Below, piece after piece: positions 29,382-37,325 of a DNA stretch of 64,000 nucleotides. The notes beneath the pieces are model-generated. The model did not search any database and was not told the origin of the DNA. It worked only from the letters and a program-made list of their open reading frames with translations. Origin of the DNA: Singulisphaera sp. GP187 (GTDB taxonomy: Bacteria > Planctomycetota > Phycisphaerae > Phycisphaerales > SM1A02); the NCBI GenBank assembly GCA_945862215.1, contig CAMAXY010000001.1, positions 74,564-138,563 of the forward strand, given 5' to 3'. Within the stretch, counting starts at the first letter, position 1, and each line of letters opens with the position of its first letter. The translations under genes and the position numbers were made by a program.

Positions 29382-30560
29382 TCAGCGCACGGCGCCGAGG
29401 CGACGATACAACTCGAGCAGATGTGAGTTCATCGTCCTCCAGTCAAAATCGACTCGCACCACTTCTCGTCCGCATTCTCCCATCACACGACGTTCATTTG
29501 GATGATCGATCATCCATTGCGCTGCAGCACGGAGCGCAGTGCGGTCGCCTGCCTTCACCAAGATCCCTGTGCGTTCATGTTGACAGACTTCGCGCGCGCC
29601 ATCGACGTCATAGGCAATCACTGGTTTTTGCTCGAGCATTCCTTGAACAACGGCGCGCGGCAAACCTTCGCGGTAAGACGGATGAACAACCACATCCATC
29701 GCAGAAATCCATGCGGGAATTTCGCTTGGATCAACGAGGCCAGTCATCGCAACTCTTTCTGCGATTCCAAGTGCCTTCAATCTTGCGACCAATCGATCTC
29801 GCCACCAACCATCGCCCACCCAAAGGAGCGCAACTTTTGGTGCGCTGGCAGTTGCACTGGCTTGGGTGAGCAGTTCACCAAACGCATCGATCATGTCATC
29901 GTGGCCTTTCAGTTCCGTCAATCGTGCGATGGTTCCAAGAACTACAACTGATTCGTCCCAGCCAAATCTTGCACGAAGTTCTTCACGCTTCGTGGCAGGT
30001 GCAATAAAATGCTCTGTTTCCATTGCGCTTCGAATAGTGACAAATTGTTCTGGCCGTCCGATTCCTTGCGCAAGCGCTTGAACGGTCATTGCATCAGCGA
30101 CACTGATCATCGCATGACAGCGATGCGCAGCCCATCGTTCGGCTCGGATGTATAAGAAGTTCTTCCACCACGATTGGTATGGATGAAATGCAAGTCCGTG
30201 AATTGTGTGAACAACCACAGGAACTTTTTCAGACCATGCAGCATTTCGTCCAAGTATCCCTGCCTTCGAAGAATGCGTGTGCACCACATCTGGCTTCCAC
30301 TTTCGGATGAGTTCTCGCAACTCTTTCAAACAGCGACGATCCCGCAGAGACGCGATGTGCCGAACCAGATTTGGAACCTCAAAGCGTTCGATGCGCGGGT
30401 CTGCGATCACTCTTGGCAAGAGCGATCCTTCGGGTCCATAGATTGGTCCATATGCCAGCGCAACTGTGTGCCCTTGATCTGCGGCACCAATGCATGAAAG
30501 CACGGTGTTTTCTTGAGAGCCTCCGATGATGAGTCGTGTTGAGATATGCAAGATTCTCAT
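29382..30560 (-). CDS. glycosyltransferase family 4 (BshA/MshA-like retaining GT-B)
   Basis: MRILHISTRLIIGGSQ N-terminus and the C-terminal EGLPRAVVQGMLEQKPVIAYDVDGAREV (E-x7-E region). The start was set at the ATG at 30560, which overlaps the truA stop (ATGA). The 531-aa track ORF is a 5' read-through. Confidence 0.8.
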   Translation of the reverse strand: MRILHISTRLIIGGSQENTVLSCIGAADQGHTVALAYGPIYGPEGSLLPRVIADPRIERFEVPNLVRHIASLRDRRCLKELRELIRKWKPDVVHTHSSKAGILGRNAAWSEKVPVVVHTIHGLAFHPYQSWWKNFLYIRAERWAAHRCHAMISVADAMTVQALAQGIGRPEQFVTIRSAMETEHFIAPATKREELRARFGWDESVVVLGTIARLTELKGHDDMIDAFGELLTQASATASAPKVALLWVGDGWWRDRLVARLKALGIAERVAMTGLVDPSEIPAWISAMDVVVHPSYREGLPRAVVQGMLEQKPVIAYDVDGAREVCQHERTGILVKAGDRTALRAAAQWMIDHPNERRVMGECGREVVRVDFDWRTMNSHLLELYRRLGAVR

Positions 30561-31411
30561 AACGCCTGTTCCGAAGATTCCTCGATTGCTTCGGCGGCGG
30601 AATCCAATTCGCCAGAGGAATCTGTGATGCCATAATGAACCCATTCCAAGCAGAGTCCCGAGGGCGACATTGTTGGACCAGCGCGTGCGCGATTGCGTGC
30701 TTCGATAATTTCTGTAACCGACTCTGGCTCGAATCGTCCTCGACCAATTTCGACGAGCGTCCCAACCATAATTCGAACCATGTGATAGAGAAAACCGCCA
30801 CCAGCAACATCGACGCGCACAACTCCAGGCGATGGTTCGATGACAGAACATGTATGAACAGTTCGGACTGTGGATTCGCGCTGCTCTGGACAATGCGCGA
30901 ATGAACGAAAATCGTGCGTGCCAATCATCAACGCAGCAGCGGTACGCATTCGTGCGATGTCCAGCGGATGCCGACACTGCGCAGTTGTGCGACGTTCGAA
31001 TGGATCGGCGCGTCCTTCAAGCCCGCGCGGCCTTCCTTCGCATCCGTGGCGCAGTCGATAAGAATAACCTTTGCTTCTGCAATTTCGAATTGGATCGAAA
31101 GAATCTTCGGCATCCCACGCCCCTCGAACTTCAAGATCGTGCGGAAGTCGAGTGTTGAGAGCCATCACCATTCGATCAACAGGAATGCGAGGGTCAGCGA
31201 TCGAAAATGCAGCGACTTGACCACGCGCGTGAACTCCAGAATCCGTTCGGCTCGCACCATCAACGGTCACTCGCATGCGCATCAAATTCGAGACAGCATC
31301 GGTAAGAACTCCTTGCGCAGTTCGTAGCGCAGGCAAATTTGGCGGCTCTTGCCTTTGCCAACCATGGAAGTCTGTTCCGTCGTAAGCGACGAGTAGTCGA
31401 AAGCGTGGCAC
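30557..31411 (-). CDS. truA: tRNA pseudouridine(38-40) synthase
   Basis: RFRLLVAYDGTDFHGWQRQ and RTDSGVHARGQV motifs. Confidence 0.85.
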   Translation of the reverse strand: MPRFRLLVAYDGTDFHGWQRQEPPNLPALRTAQGVLTDAVSNLMRMRVTVDGASRTDSGVHARGQVAAFSIADPRIPVDRMVMALNTRLPHDLEVRGAWDAEDSFDPIRNCRSKGYSYRLRHGCEGRPRGLEGRADPFERRTTAQCRHPLDIARMRTAAALMIGTHDFRSFAHCPEQRESTVRTVHTCSVIEPSPGVVRVDVAGGGFLYHMVRIMVGTLVEIGRGRFEPESVTEIIEARNRARAGPTMSPSGLCLEWVHYGITDSSGELDSAAEAIEESSEQAL

Positions 31412-31432
31412 GGTCCAAGTTCGCCCTGTGGG

Positions 31433-32566
31433 CTAGTGACCGAACAGGGAAGTGGGGGAGAGCATCCCTTTATCCTCGAAGTATTTGAGCGCTTCGTCAA
31501 CGCTGCGAAAAATTTTAGTCGCCGTTTCAGTAATGAACGGGCTCGGATTTTTCTTTGGCTTCCAGACCACATACACCTCTTTGGTGTGTTCGAATGCATG
31601 GTGCAATTCGCGTTCGACACCGCTCGAGAGCGCGGGAACGCCGCCAGCCAATTCGGGAACGAGAGAGACGATCATGTCACTCTGATCGACGAGTTTGAAA
31701 TCACGCATATAAATTTGACCATCAATATCACCCGCAATATCAAGCACTTCGCGAACAGGAAGGCGCATCACAGGATTTCCTTCGCGTCCACCAAATGAGT
31801 GTGGATGAATTTCGACAAAGTCTTCGCCTTTGCGCGCTGCTTCGATGGCGCGGTCGAGCAGCATCTTCTCGTCGACATCACCTGGATCGAAAGTGATGAA
31901 GTGTCGCGCCAACTCCGCACGAAAGTGGTTTATCTCCGCCAAGACATCGGGCATATCCATCACGTGACTCATTGGAAAGGATGGATAGACCTTGCGCATG
32001 TCTGGTCGTGTGATCAGACGCAGGCAAGTTTCAACTGTGTCTTGATGTCGCCCGCGACTAAGGATGTAAAAATTATTCGCGCAACCAACCGCTTGCGCCA
32101 TGATTTCAGTGGCGAGAATTTCTTCCTCGCGCCAGACCATGCAATCTTTCAGCGTCGCATCGATGACATGTTCTTGATGCAATCTGTGATGCACAGTCTC
32201 GACATTATCAACGAGGCATATGAAGCAATTCGGTTCCAGCTTTTGCAGTTGGTCGAAATCGAATGCGCTGAAAAGTCCATGTCGCCATCGGAATGTAGCG
32301 TGCGTATTGACAATGACATTGGGATGTTCATTCTTTGGATGTGTCGCCGCGATGACATCCTTGAATGCAGCTCTGCGCAGGCTGGAAAGGCGAGAAATGG
32401 GAAGGTCCAAAATGCGCCCAGGTGTCACATCTGAGGCCTCGTCATACATCAACTCTCCGATATTAAAGACCTCGATTCGTTCGCCACGTTCTCCCGCTGC
32501 GGTCACGACATCCCGAAGATATGGCTTCTTGTCTACGCCGATTTGACCAGTGACGACTGCTCGCAT
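31433..32566 (-). CDS. two-domain protein: archaeal-AdkA-like kinase fold with degenerate P-loop fused to a nucleoside 2-deoxyribosyltransferase-like domain (tentative)
   Basis: The N-terminus MRAVVTGQIGVDKK aligns in position with the AdkA P-loop VVVTGVPGVG(K/S)T but lacks the second Gly and the Ser/Thr. The C-terminal half has a KVYPSFPMS start and a SDMIVSLVP..SSGVERELHHA pattern reminiscent of NDT/YtoQ-type Rossmann domains. The coding call is solid; the function is weak. Confidence 0.45.
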   Translation of the reverse strand: MRAVVTGQIGVDKKPYLRDVVTAAGERGERIEVFNIGELMYDEASDVTPGRILDLPISRLSSLRRAAFKDVIAATHPKNEHPNVIVNTHATFRWRHGLFSAFDFDQLQKLEPNCFICLVDNVETVHHRLHQEHVIDATLKDCMVWREEEILATEIMAQAVGCANNFYILSRGRHQDTVETCLRLITRPDMRKVYPSFPMSHVMDMPDVLAEINHFRAELARHFITFDPGDVDEKMLLDRAIEAARKGEDFVEIHPHSFGGREGNPVMRLPVREVLDIAGDIDGQIYMRDFKLVDQSDMIVSLVPELAGGVPALSSGVERELHHAFEHTKEVYVVWKPKKNPSPFITETATKIFRSVDEALKYFEDKGMLSPTSLFGH

Positions 32567-32598
32567 GAACCGAGTATACGGGGCAGAGGGGTAAGGGA

Positions 32599-33090
32599 TC
32601 AGCGAGGCTTCAACAGCGCGCAGGCATGGACTTCGATCGCACGTCCTTCGCCGACAGCATCAACTCTTTCGTGGGTCTTGCCTTTGACATTGATCGAGTC
32701 CGCAGTGCAGCCAATCAACCGCGCGATATTGGCGACAATTTCGCTTCTGCGCGGTCCGATCTTGGGTTGTTCGCAGATGATTGTGCAATCGATGTTGCCA
32801 ATCTCCCATCCCGCTTTGCGCATTCTGTCGACAGCTTCACACAGAAAAATTGCAGAGTCTGCGCTTTCATTCTTGGGATCGTTGTCTGGAAAGAGTTGCC
32901 CAATATCGGGCAGCCCAAGTGCACCCAGAATTGCATCAGTCACTGCGTGGAGTAATACATCCCCATCAGAATGTGCAACAAGACCAGTTGAATGTTCGAT
33001 TTGAATTCCGCCGAGTACAAACTGCTTGCCCTTGCCTGCGGGTGGGCAAGCCTCCAAACGATGCAGGTCATAGCCATGTCCGACCCGCAT
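32599..33090 (-). CDS. ispF: 2-C-methyl-D-erythritol 2,4-cyclodiphosphate synthase
   Basis: MRVGHGYDLHRL.., HSDGDVLLHAVTDAILGA and other IspF motifs. The start is taken at the ATG at 33090. Confidence 0.9.
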   Translation of the reverse strand: MRVGHGYDLHRLEACPPAGKGKQFVLGGIQIEHSTGLVAHSDGDVLLHAVTDAILGALGLPDIGQLFPDNDPKNESADSAIFLCEAVDRMRKAGWEIGNIDCTIICEQPKIGPRRSEIVANIARLIGCTADSINVKGKTHERVDAVGEGRAIEVHACALLKPR

Positions 33091-33097
33091 CGTGTGA

Positions 33098-33595
33098 TCA
33101 GTCCTTCGTCCGATTCGTAGGTTGAGGTCCGCCATTTGGCGAATTCGCACCAACAGTCTGATCTTGGAAGTCAGGCGGAATCATCAGTGTCGGATCTTCT
33201 GGCATGTCTTCTGGAGCAGGGCGATATGTCACATCGATTCGCCGACATGATGCGGGAGGGCAAATGAGTTGATTATCAAGCTCACCAAATTCCGTTTTCG
33301 CGTCCCACATCTCCCAAATCATTTTGGTTGGCTCGGCGCGTGAGCCACTGCCAGAACCTTCGATGAACTTGAAGGTCAACTGTTTTCCAGCTGGAATATC
33401 CATCTTGAAAAACTTTTCTTGACTGCGCGTATCTACGAGTGTCACAGTTACTGGTCGAGTCGGCGTCGAGATAAAAGTATATCCTCGGCCTGAACTGGGC
33501 ATGAATCCGCCATCAGGTGCGTAGCAGCCAGTGAGCAGCGCAGTTGTCATTGTCATTGCTGCAATACATCGAGAAATTGGAGTACAGATTTTCAT
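33098..33595 (-). CDS. lipoprotein of unknown function
   Basis: With the ATG at 33595 the N-terminus is MKICTPISRCIAAMTMTTALLTGC, which has a lipobox (LLTGC). No known domain. Confidence 0.55.
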   Translation of the reverse strand: MKICTPISRCIAAMTMTTALLTGCYAPDGGFMPSSGRGYTFISTPTRPVTVTLVDTRSQEKFFKMDIPAGKQLTFKFIEGSGSGSRAEPTKMIWEMWDAKTEFGELDNQLICPPASCRRIDVTYRPAPEDMPEDPTLMIPPDFQDQTVGANSPNGGPQPTNRTKD

Positions 33596-33627
33596 AGTTG
33601 CCTTCAAAGGTTGTATGGTTTCGCAGT

Positions 33628-35037
33628 CTAGCAGTGGTTGAGTGTTTGGCGAGCGAGGACAAGTTCGACAAATTGTTTGCCGCGTTCCTCGAAATTTGTG
33701 TATTGCCCATAGCTTGCGCACGCTGGAGAAAGCAACAAGATGTCGCCACTTTTCGCACGAGAGAAGGCGCATTCGATCGCTTTCGCAAGTGTCCCGCAAC
33801 GCAATGCTGGCGGTGCGGGCGCCAACATTTCTTCGGTCGCACCTATTGCATACAGCCCAGCCAATCGTGGCGCAAGATCTCGGATAGATGAGAGGTCGAT
33901 TTTCTTGTCATAGCCGCCGACAATCAGATGAATTCGTGCGATGTCTTGAAATGATGCGATCGCCAATTGAGTTGCTTCTGGGGTCGTGGCTTTCGAATCG
34001 TTGAAGCAGAGGACGCCTTCAATCGTGCCAACTGATTGCAGTCGATGTTCAAGTCCTTGGAAAGTGCTCAGCGCAGCAAGCGCCAAGTCGATGTGCGCAG
34101 GTTCGCCATCCATCTTTGCGCAGGCAAGGGTGATTGCCAATGCAATGCGCGCATTCCTTCGTTGATGCTCTCCAGGAATGGAAAGCGAAATCGAATCCGC
34201 ACTCGGAGCCTGGGCATCCCAGCCATCATTCCACCACGTGCCAGCAGAAGATTCCGATGCGCATCGAATAGCGTCTGCATTGCCTTCGACACCGAATGAA
34301 GAAATGAAAATGTCGTCACGTGTTTGTTCTCGGCGAATCTGCGCTTTCGATTCGATGTAATGCGCGACGCTTCCGTGCCAATCAACATGATTTGGCGCGA
34401 TATTCGTCAGGACGCCAATCTTTGGCGACCATCCGGCAGATCCACTCGCTTTGGAAAGCCACCACAGTTGTGCACTTGAAAGTTCAAGCACGGTCCATCC
34501 GCGCTCTGAAATTGCCTGCGTTCCCAATGGATTCAAGAGTGATCCTCCGATGTTTCCACCGAATCGGACATCTCGCCCTGATGCTCTGAGCGCACAAACG
34601 GTCATCGCAGTAGTTGTCGATTTTCCTGCGCTGCCGGTGATCGCAACCACTCGATTTGTGCCAAGCCGCTGCACAGACAAGCAAATTTCCGCCGTCACGG
34701 GAACGCCAGCTTCACGCGCAGCGTTGAGAAAACGATTTTCCCACGGGCGAGGAACAGCAGCATTGGCAACGACGAGATCTGTCTGTTGAAAATCGACAAG
34801 TTGATGCGCGCCGAGACGAAGTGTGACGCTTCCATCTGCAATTGCTGACGCGAGCGGTGCAAGCGAGCTGCTCAGTTTTTCTTCACTCGAAAGATCAGCA
34901 ATCAGCACTCTCGCGCCGAGCGAATGCAACCATCGCACTACGCCAAGTCCTCCGCCAAATTGACCAAGCCCCATCACGGTCACGCGGCGGCCTTCGAACC
35001 ATTCGTCGGGGTGATATTGAAAGATGGGGAACATCAC
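33628..35037 (-). CDS. murD: UDP-N-acetylmuramoyl-L-alanine--D-glutamate ligase
   Basis: VMGLGQFGGGLG Rossmann N-terminus, the Mur ligase P-loop ITGSAGKSTTT, and the C-terminal Mur ligase domain. Confidence 0.85.
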   Translation of the reverse strand: MMFPIFQYHPDEWFEGRRVTVMGLGQFGGGLGVVRWLHSLGARVLIADLSSEEKLSSSLAPLASAIADGSVTLRLGAHQLVDFQQTDLVVANAAVPRPWENRFLNAAREAGVPVTAEICLSVQRLGTNRVVAITGSAGKSTTTAMTVCALRASGRDVRFGGNIGGSLLNPLGTQAISERGWTVLELSSAQLWWLSKASGSAGWSPKIGVLTNIAPNHVDWHGSVAHYIESKAQIRREQTRDDIFISSFGVEGNADAIRCASESSAGTWWNDGWDAQAPSADSISLSIPGEHQRRNARIALAITLACAKMDGEPAHIDLALAALSTFQGLEHRLQSVGTIEGVLCFNDSKATTPEATQLAIASFQDIARIHLIVGGYDKKIDLSSIRDLAPRLAGLYAIGATEEMLAPAPPALRCGTLAKAIECAFSRAKSGDILLLSPACASYGQYTNFEERGKQFVELVLARQTLNHC

Positions 35038-35043
35038 GAATCG

Positions 35044-35934
35044 TCAACGTCGAGCGGAGTGAGTTCCACTGACAATATCGTTGCCTAGTGCGTCGATTCC
35101 AAGCAGATCCTCTCGGTAATCATCCGCGCTTCTGCGCCGAGTGATCGGACCATCGGCTGCACCACGCAAGAATTGATACACAATCTGTTGGTCTTCAGAC
35201 AAATTTTTCGCTTCGCTCTCCGGCAACTTTCGAATGCGGTCAAACTCTTCGCGTTTGTCGATCATTAGCACACGGCCTCCATCAAGCATGACCATACGAT
35301 CTGCGATCGTGAATGCAGAATCCATTTCGTGGGTCACTACAACGCTTGTCACGCCAAAGTTGCGGGTCAATTCCAGAATGAGTTGATCGATCTCAGCGCT
35401 TGTGACGGGATCGAGTCCGGCACTCGGTTCGTCATAGAAAAGAATTTTCGGATCCATCGCCATTGCACGAGCAAGCCCAGCACGCTTCATCATTCCGCCA
35501 GAAATTTGCGAAGGAAGTTTGTTTGCATGTTGACGCAATCCGACAAGTTCCAGTTTCATCTTGACAATCATCTCGATGGTTTCTGGAGCGAGATCAGTAT
35601 TCTCCTGCAAAGGCAGCGCAACATTGTCTCCCACAGACATAGATTGAAACAGCGCGCCGGACTGAAAGAGAATTCCGAATTGTTTCTTCAGCGCATCGAA
35701 TCCATCGCCATCGAGCGATGCGATGTCTTGGCCAAGCAGCGAAATCGTTCCGCTTGTCGGCTGATGCGACCCGATCAACAGACGCAGTAATGTGGTCTTT
35801 CCACATCCAGAACCACCCATAATGACAATCGTTTCTCCAGCTGCGATGTCCAAATTCACGCCAGTCAGAACGGTTTGACTGCCAAACTTTTTTACAAGGT
35901 CGCGAACGGAGATTCTGATTTCGTCGGTCGGCAT
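35044..35934 (-). CDS. ABC transporter ATP-binding protein, MlaF/Mkl-like (no cognate MlaE/MlaD in window)
   Basis: Walker A GGSGCGKTT, signature ISGGMMKRAGLARA, Walker B ILFYDEPSAGLDP. The overall pattern is that of MlaF-type ATPases. Confidence 0.8.
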   Translation of the reverse strand: MPTDEIRISVRDLVKKFGSQTVLTGVNLDIAAGETIVIMGGSGCGKTTLLRLLIGSHQPTSGTISLLGQDIASLDGDGFDALKKQFGILFQSGALFQSMSVGDNVALPLQENTDLAPETIEMIVKMKLELVGLRQHANKLPSQISGGMMKRAGLARAMAMDPKILFYDEPSAGLDPVTSAEIDQLILELTRNFGVTSVVVTHEMDSAFTIADRMVMLDGGRVLMIDKREEFDRIRKLPESEAKNLSEDQQIVYQFLRGAADGPITRRRSADDYREDLLGIDALGNDIVSGTHSARR

Positions 35935-35946
35935 GAAATAATCCTC

Positions 35947-36618
35947 TTATGGCTTTCGGTTCGTTGAAGGCGTTTCAGAATCTGGAAAAGAAAGATCACC
36001 GAGTTTGGCATCGTGAATCAGCAGGCTCTTCAATTTCATAGAGAGTGATCCCGATGTATCAGCAATTTCGATCGCACAAGTAGCGCGTACTTTGCCATTT
36101 GCAAAGTTCAACTGATAATCCGCCGTAAAGGCTTGCGTAGCCGAAGGCATCTTGTTGGGGGTAGAACCTTGATCAAGTGACGCGCCAGTAAATGCTCCGT
36201 AACGTTCCTTCACATCATCGAGAAAAGATTTGGCATCCTCTTGCGTGTTTCCCTCGGCTACCGTCAGCGCGAAGTGCGACTGGAATGCGGACAGATCGCC
36301 AGCTGCGCCATCTTTCAGTGCCAACTGCGGTCCAGTCAAGATTGGCATCAAGACTGTGTTGTATCCCTGATAAGCCACGCCAATCTGCATTGCGGTTCCC
36401 GCAATACTGATAACGATTGCCAAGATCGCAATCCAGCGGCCCGACAATGTGCGATTGGTTGTGGTGAAGACAACTGCAATTGCGCCAGTCACGATTCCCG
36501 CGATCGTTGTCAATGGACAACAAAAGATGAGCGAAAGAACCAAAGAGGCGATCGCGAGTCGACTGACTGTGCGAGGCTGGCTGAATTCTTGGGGGGATGA
36601 TAAGTCAGCAATTGTCAT
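35947..36618 (-). CDS. small membrane protein, DUF4190-like N-terminal TM pair plus C-terminal soluble domain
   Basis: The hydrophobic pair LAIASLVLSLIFCCPLTTIAGIV.. / WIAILAIVISIAGTAM is followed by a ~130-aa domain. It has the same architecture as the upstream gene and overlaps it by 4 nt. Confidence 0.5.
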   Translation of the reverse strand: MTIADLSSPQEFSQPRTVSRLAIASLVLSLIFCCPLTTIAGIVTGAIAVVFTTTNRTLSGRWIAILAIVISIAGTAMQIGVAYQGYNTVLMPILTGPQLALKDGAAGDLSAFQSHFALTVAEGNTQEDAKSFLDDVKERYGAFTGASLDQGSTPNKMPSATQAFTADYQLNFANGKVRATCAIEIADTSGSLSMKLKSLLIHDAKLGDLSFPDSETPSTNRKP

Positions 36619-37325
36619 TGTTTCGGAAGAGTATCAGGCATCGCGGAATCATCCTTTGCAGGAAAGGTCATTGCCGTCTCGGTTTCCTGCGAGGTTTGGT
36701 CGCTAGGAATGCGGATCTCGATCGAACGAATTCGGATGGTTGGAAGAAATGTCGCAGAGTCTGTGAGCAGATCGGTCGTCACCGAGGCGACGGTTTGAAT
36801 ATGTGGAGATTCCAGCATCATCCGAAATTGCGCAGTGGACTTCAGCGACATCGCAATTTCGGTCTGCGTCACACTGCTTGTTTTCAATGGGCCAAATCGT
36901 TCGCGCACAGTTTGTTGGAAGACGAGAAGCGCCTTTGGATCGACTCCTATCCACCATGCATTCGGGTCAACCGTTCCAGTGAGAAATTGGTCCATTGCGA
37001 CGCGGACTTCCGAATTCATTGATCCTCGACCAGCGGATTGGAAGCGATCTCCAATTCCCCATGACAGAATGCCGATCACGAAACTGGCGATCGCGCAGGT
37101 CATAGCCAGTCGACTACCGATTAATTTTCCATTTGATGCTCGAATGCGGCCATAAGAGATCAGCCCTGCGAAGACGCCAAAGACTGCAGATGCTGGGCAA
37201 CATGCAAGCACAGTCATCCCAAAGGCAAGAAGCGCAACAGGGTCCAGACGGGGAGCCGCCTGAATTGGATTTTGAACCAGCGGTTGGTCAGATTGTTCAG
37301 TTTGGTTCAGGGGCAGTTTCCCCAA
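36615..37325 (-). CDS. small membrane protein, DUF4190-like (paralogous architecture)
   Basis: TM pair ALLAFGMTVLACCPASAVFGVFAGLI.. / LAMTCAIASFVIGILSW followed by a soluble C-terminal domain. Its start overlaps the 3' end of the metalloprotease gene by 19 nt. Confidence 0.5.
   Translation of the reverse strand: MGKLPLNQTEQSDQPLVQNPIQAAPRLDPVALLAFGMTVLACCPASAVFGVFAGLISYGRIRASNGKLIGSRLAMTCAIASFVIGILSWGIGDRFQSAGRGSMNSEVRVAMDQFLTGTVDPNAWWIGVDPKALLVFQQTVRERFGPLKTSSVTQTEIAMSLKSTAQFRMMLESPHIQTVASVTTDLLTDSATFLPTIRIRSIEIRIPSDQTSQETETAMTFPAKDDSAMPDTLPKQ

Noticed and set aside
30561-30977. 5' extension of the GT4 ORF (531 aa) across truA. The same issue applies to 54986-55354 (ABC-2 permease), 9076-9159 and 8013-8048 (DUF1559 genes), 51986-52186, 42101-42175 and 33596-33799.
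   Set aside because: The extensions overlap well-supported neighbouring genes or encode Arg/Trp/Cys-rich sequence. Internal ATG starts give canonical N-termini (a signal peptide, lipobox, prepilin leader or MRILHIS GT4 start), often with ATGA stop/start overlaps.
35044-35934. Complete Mla lipid-transport operon
   Set aside because: Only the MlaF-like ATPase is present. No MlaE permease, MlaD MCE protein, or MlaC or MlaB is in the window, so the pathway is not called.
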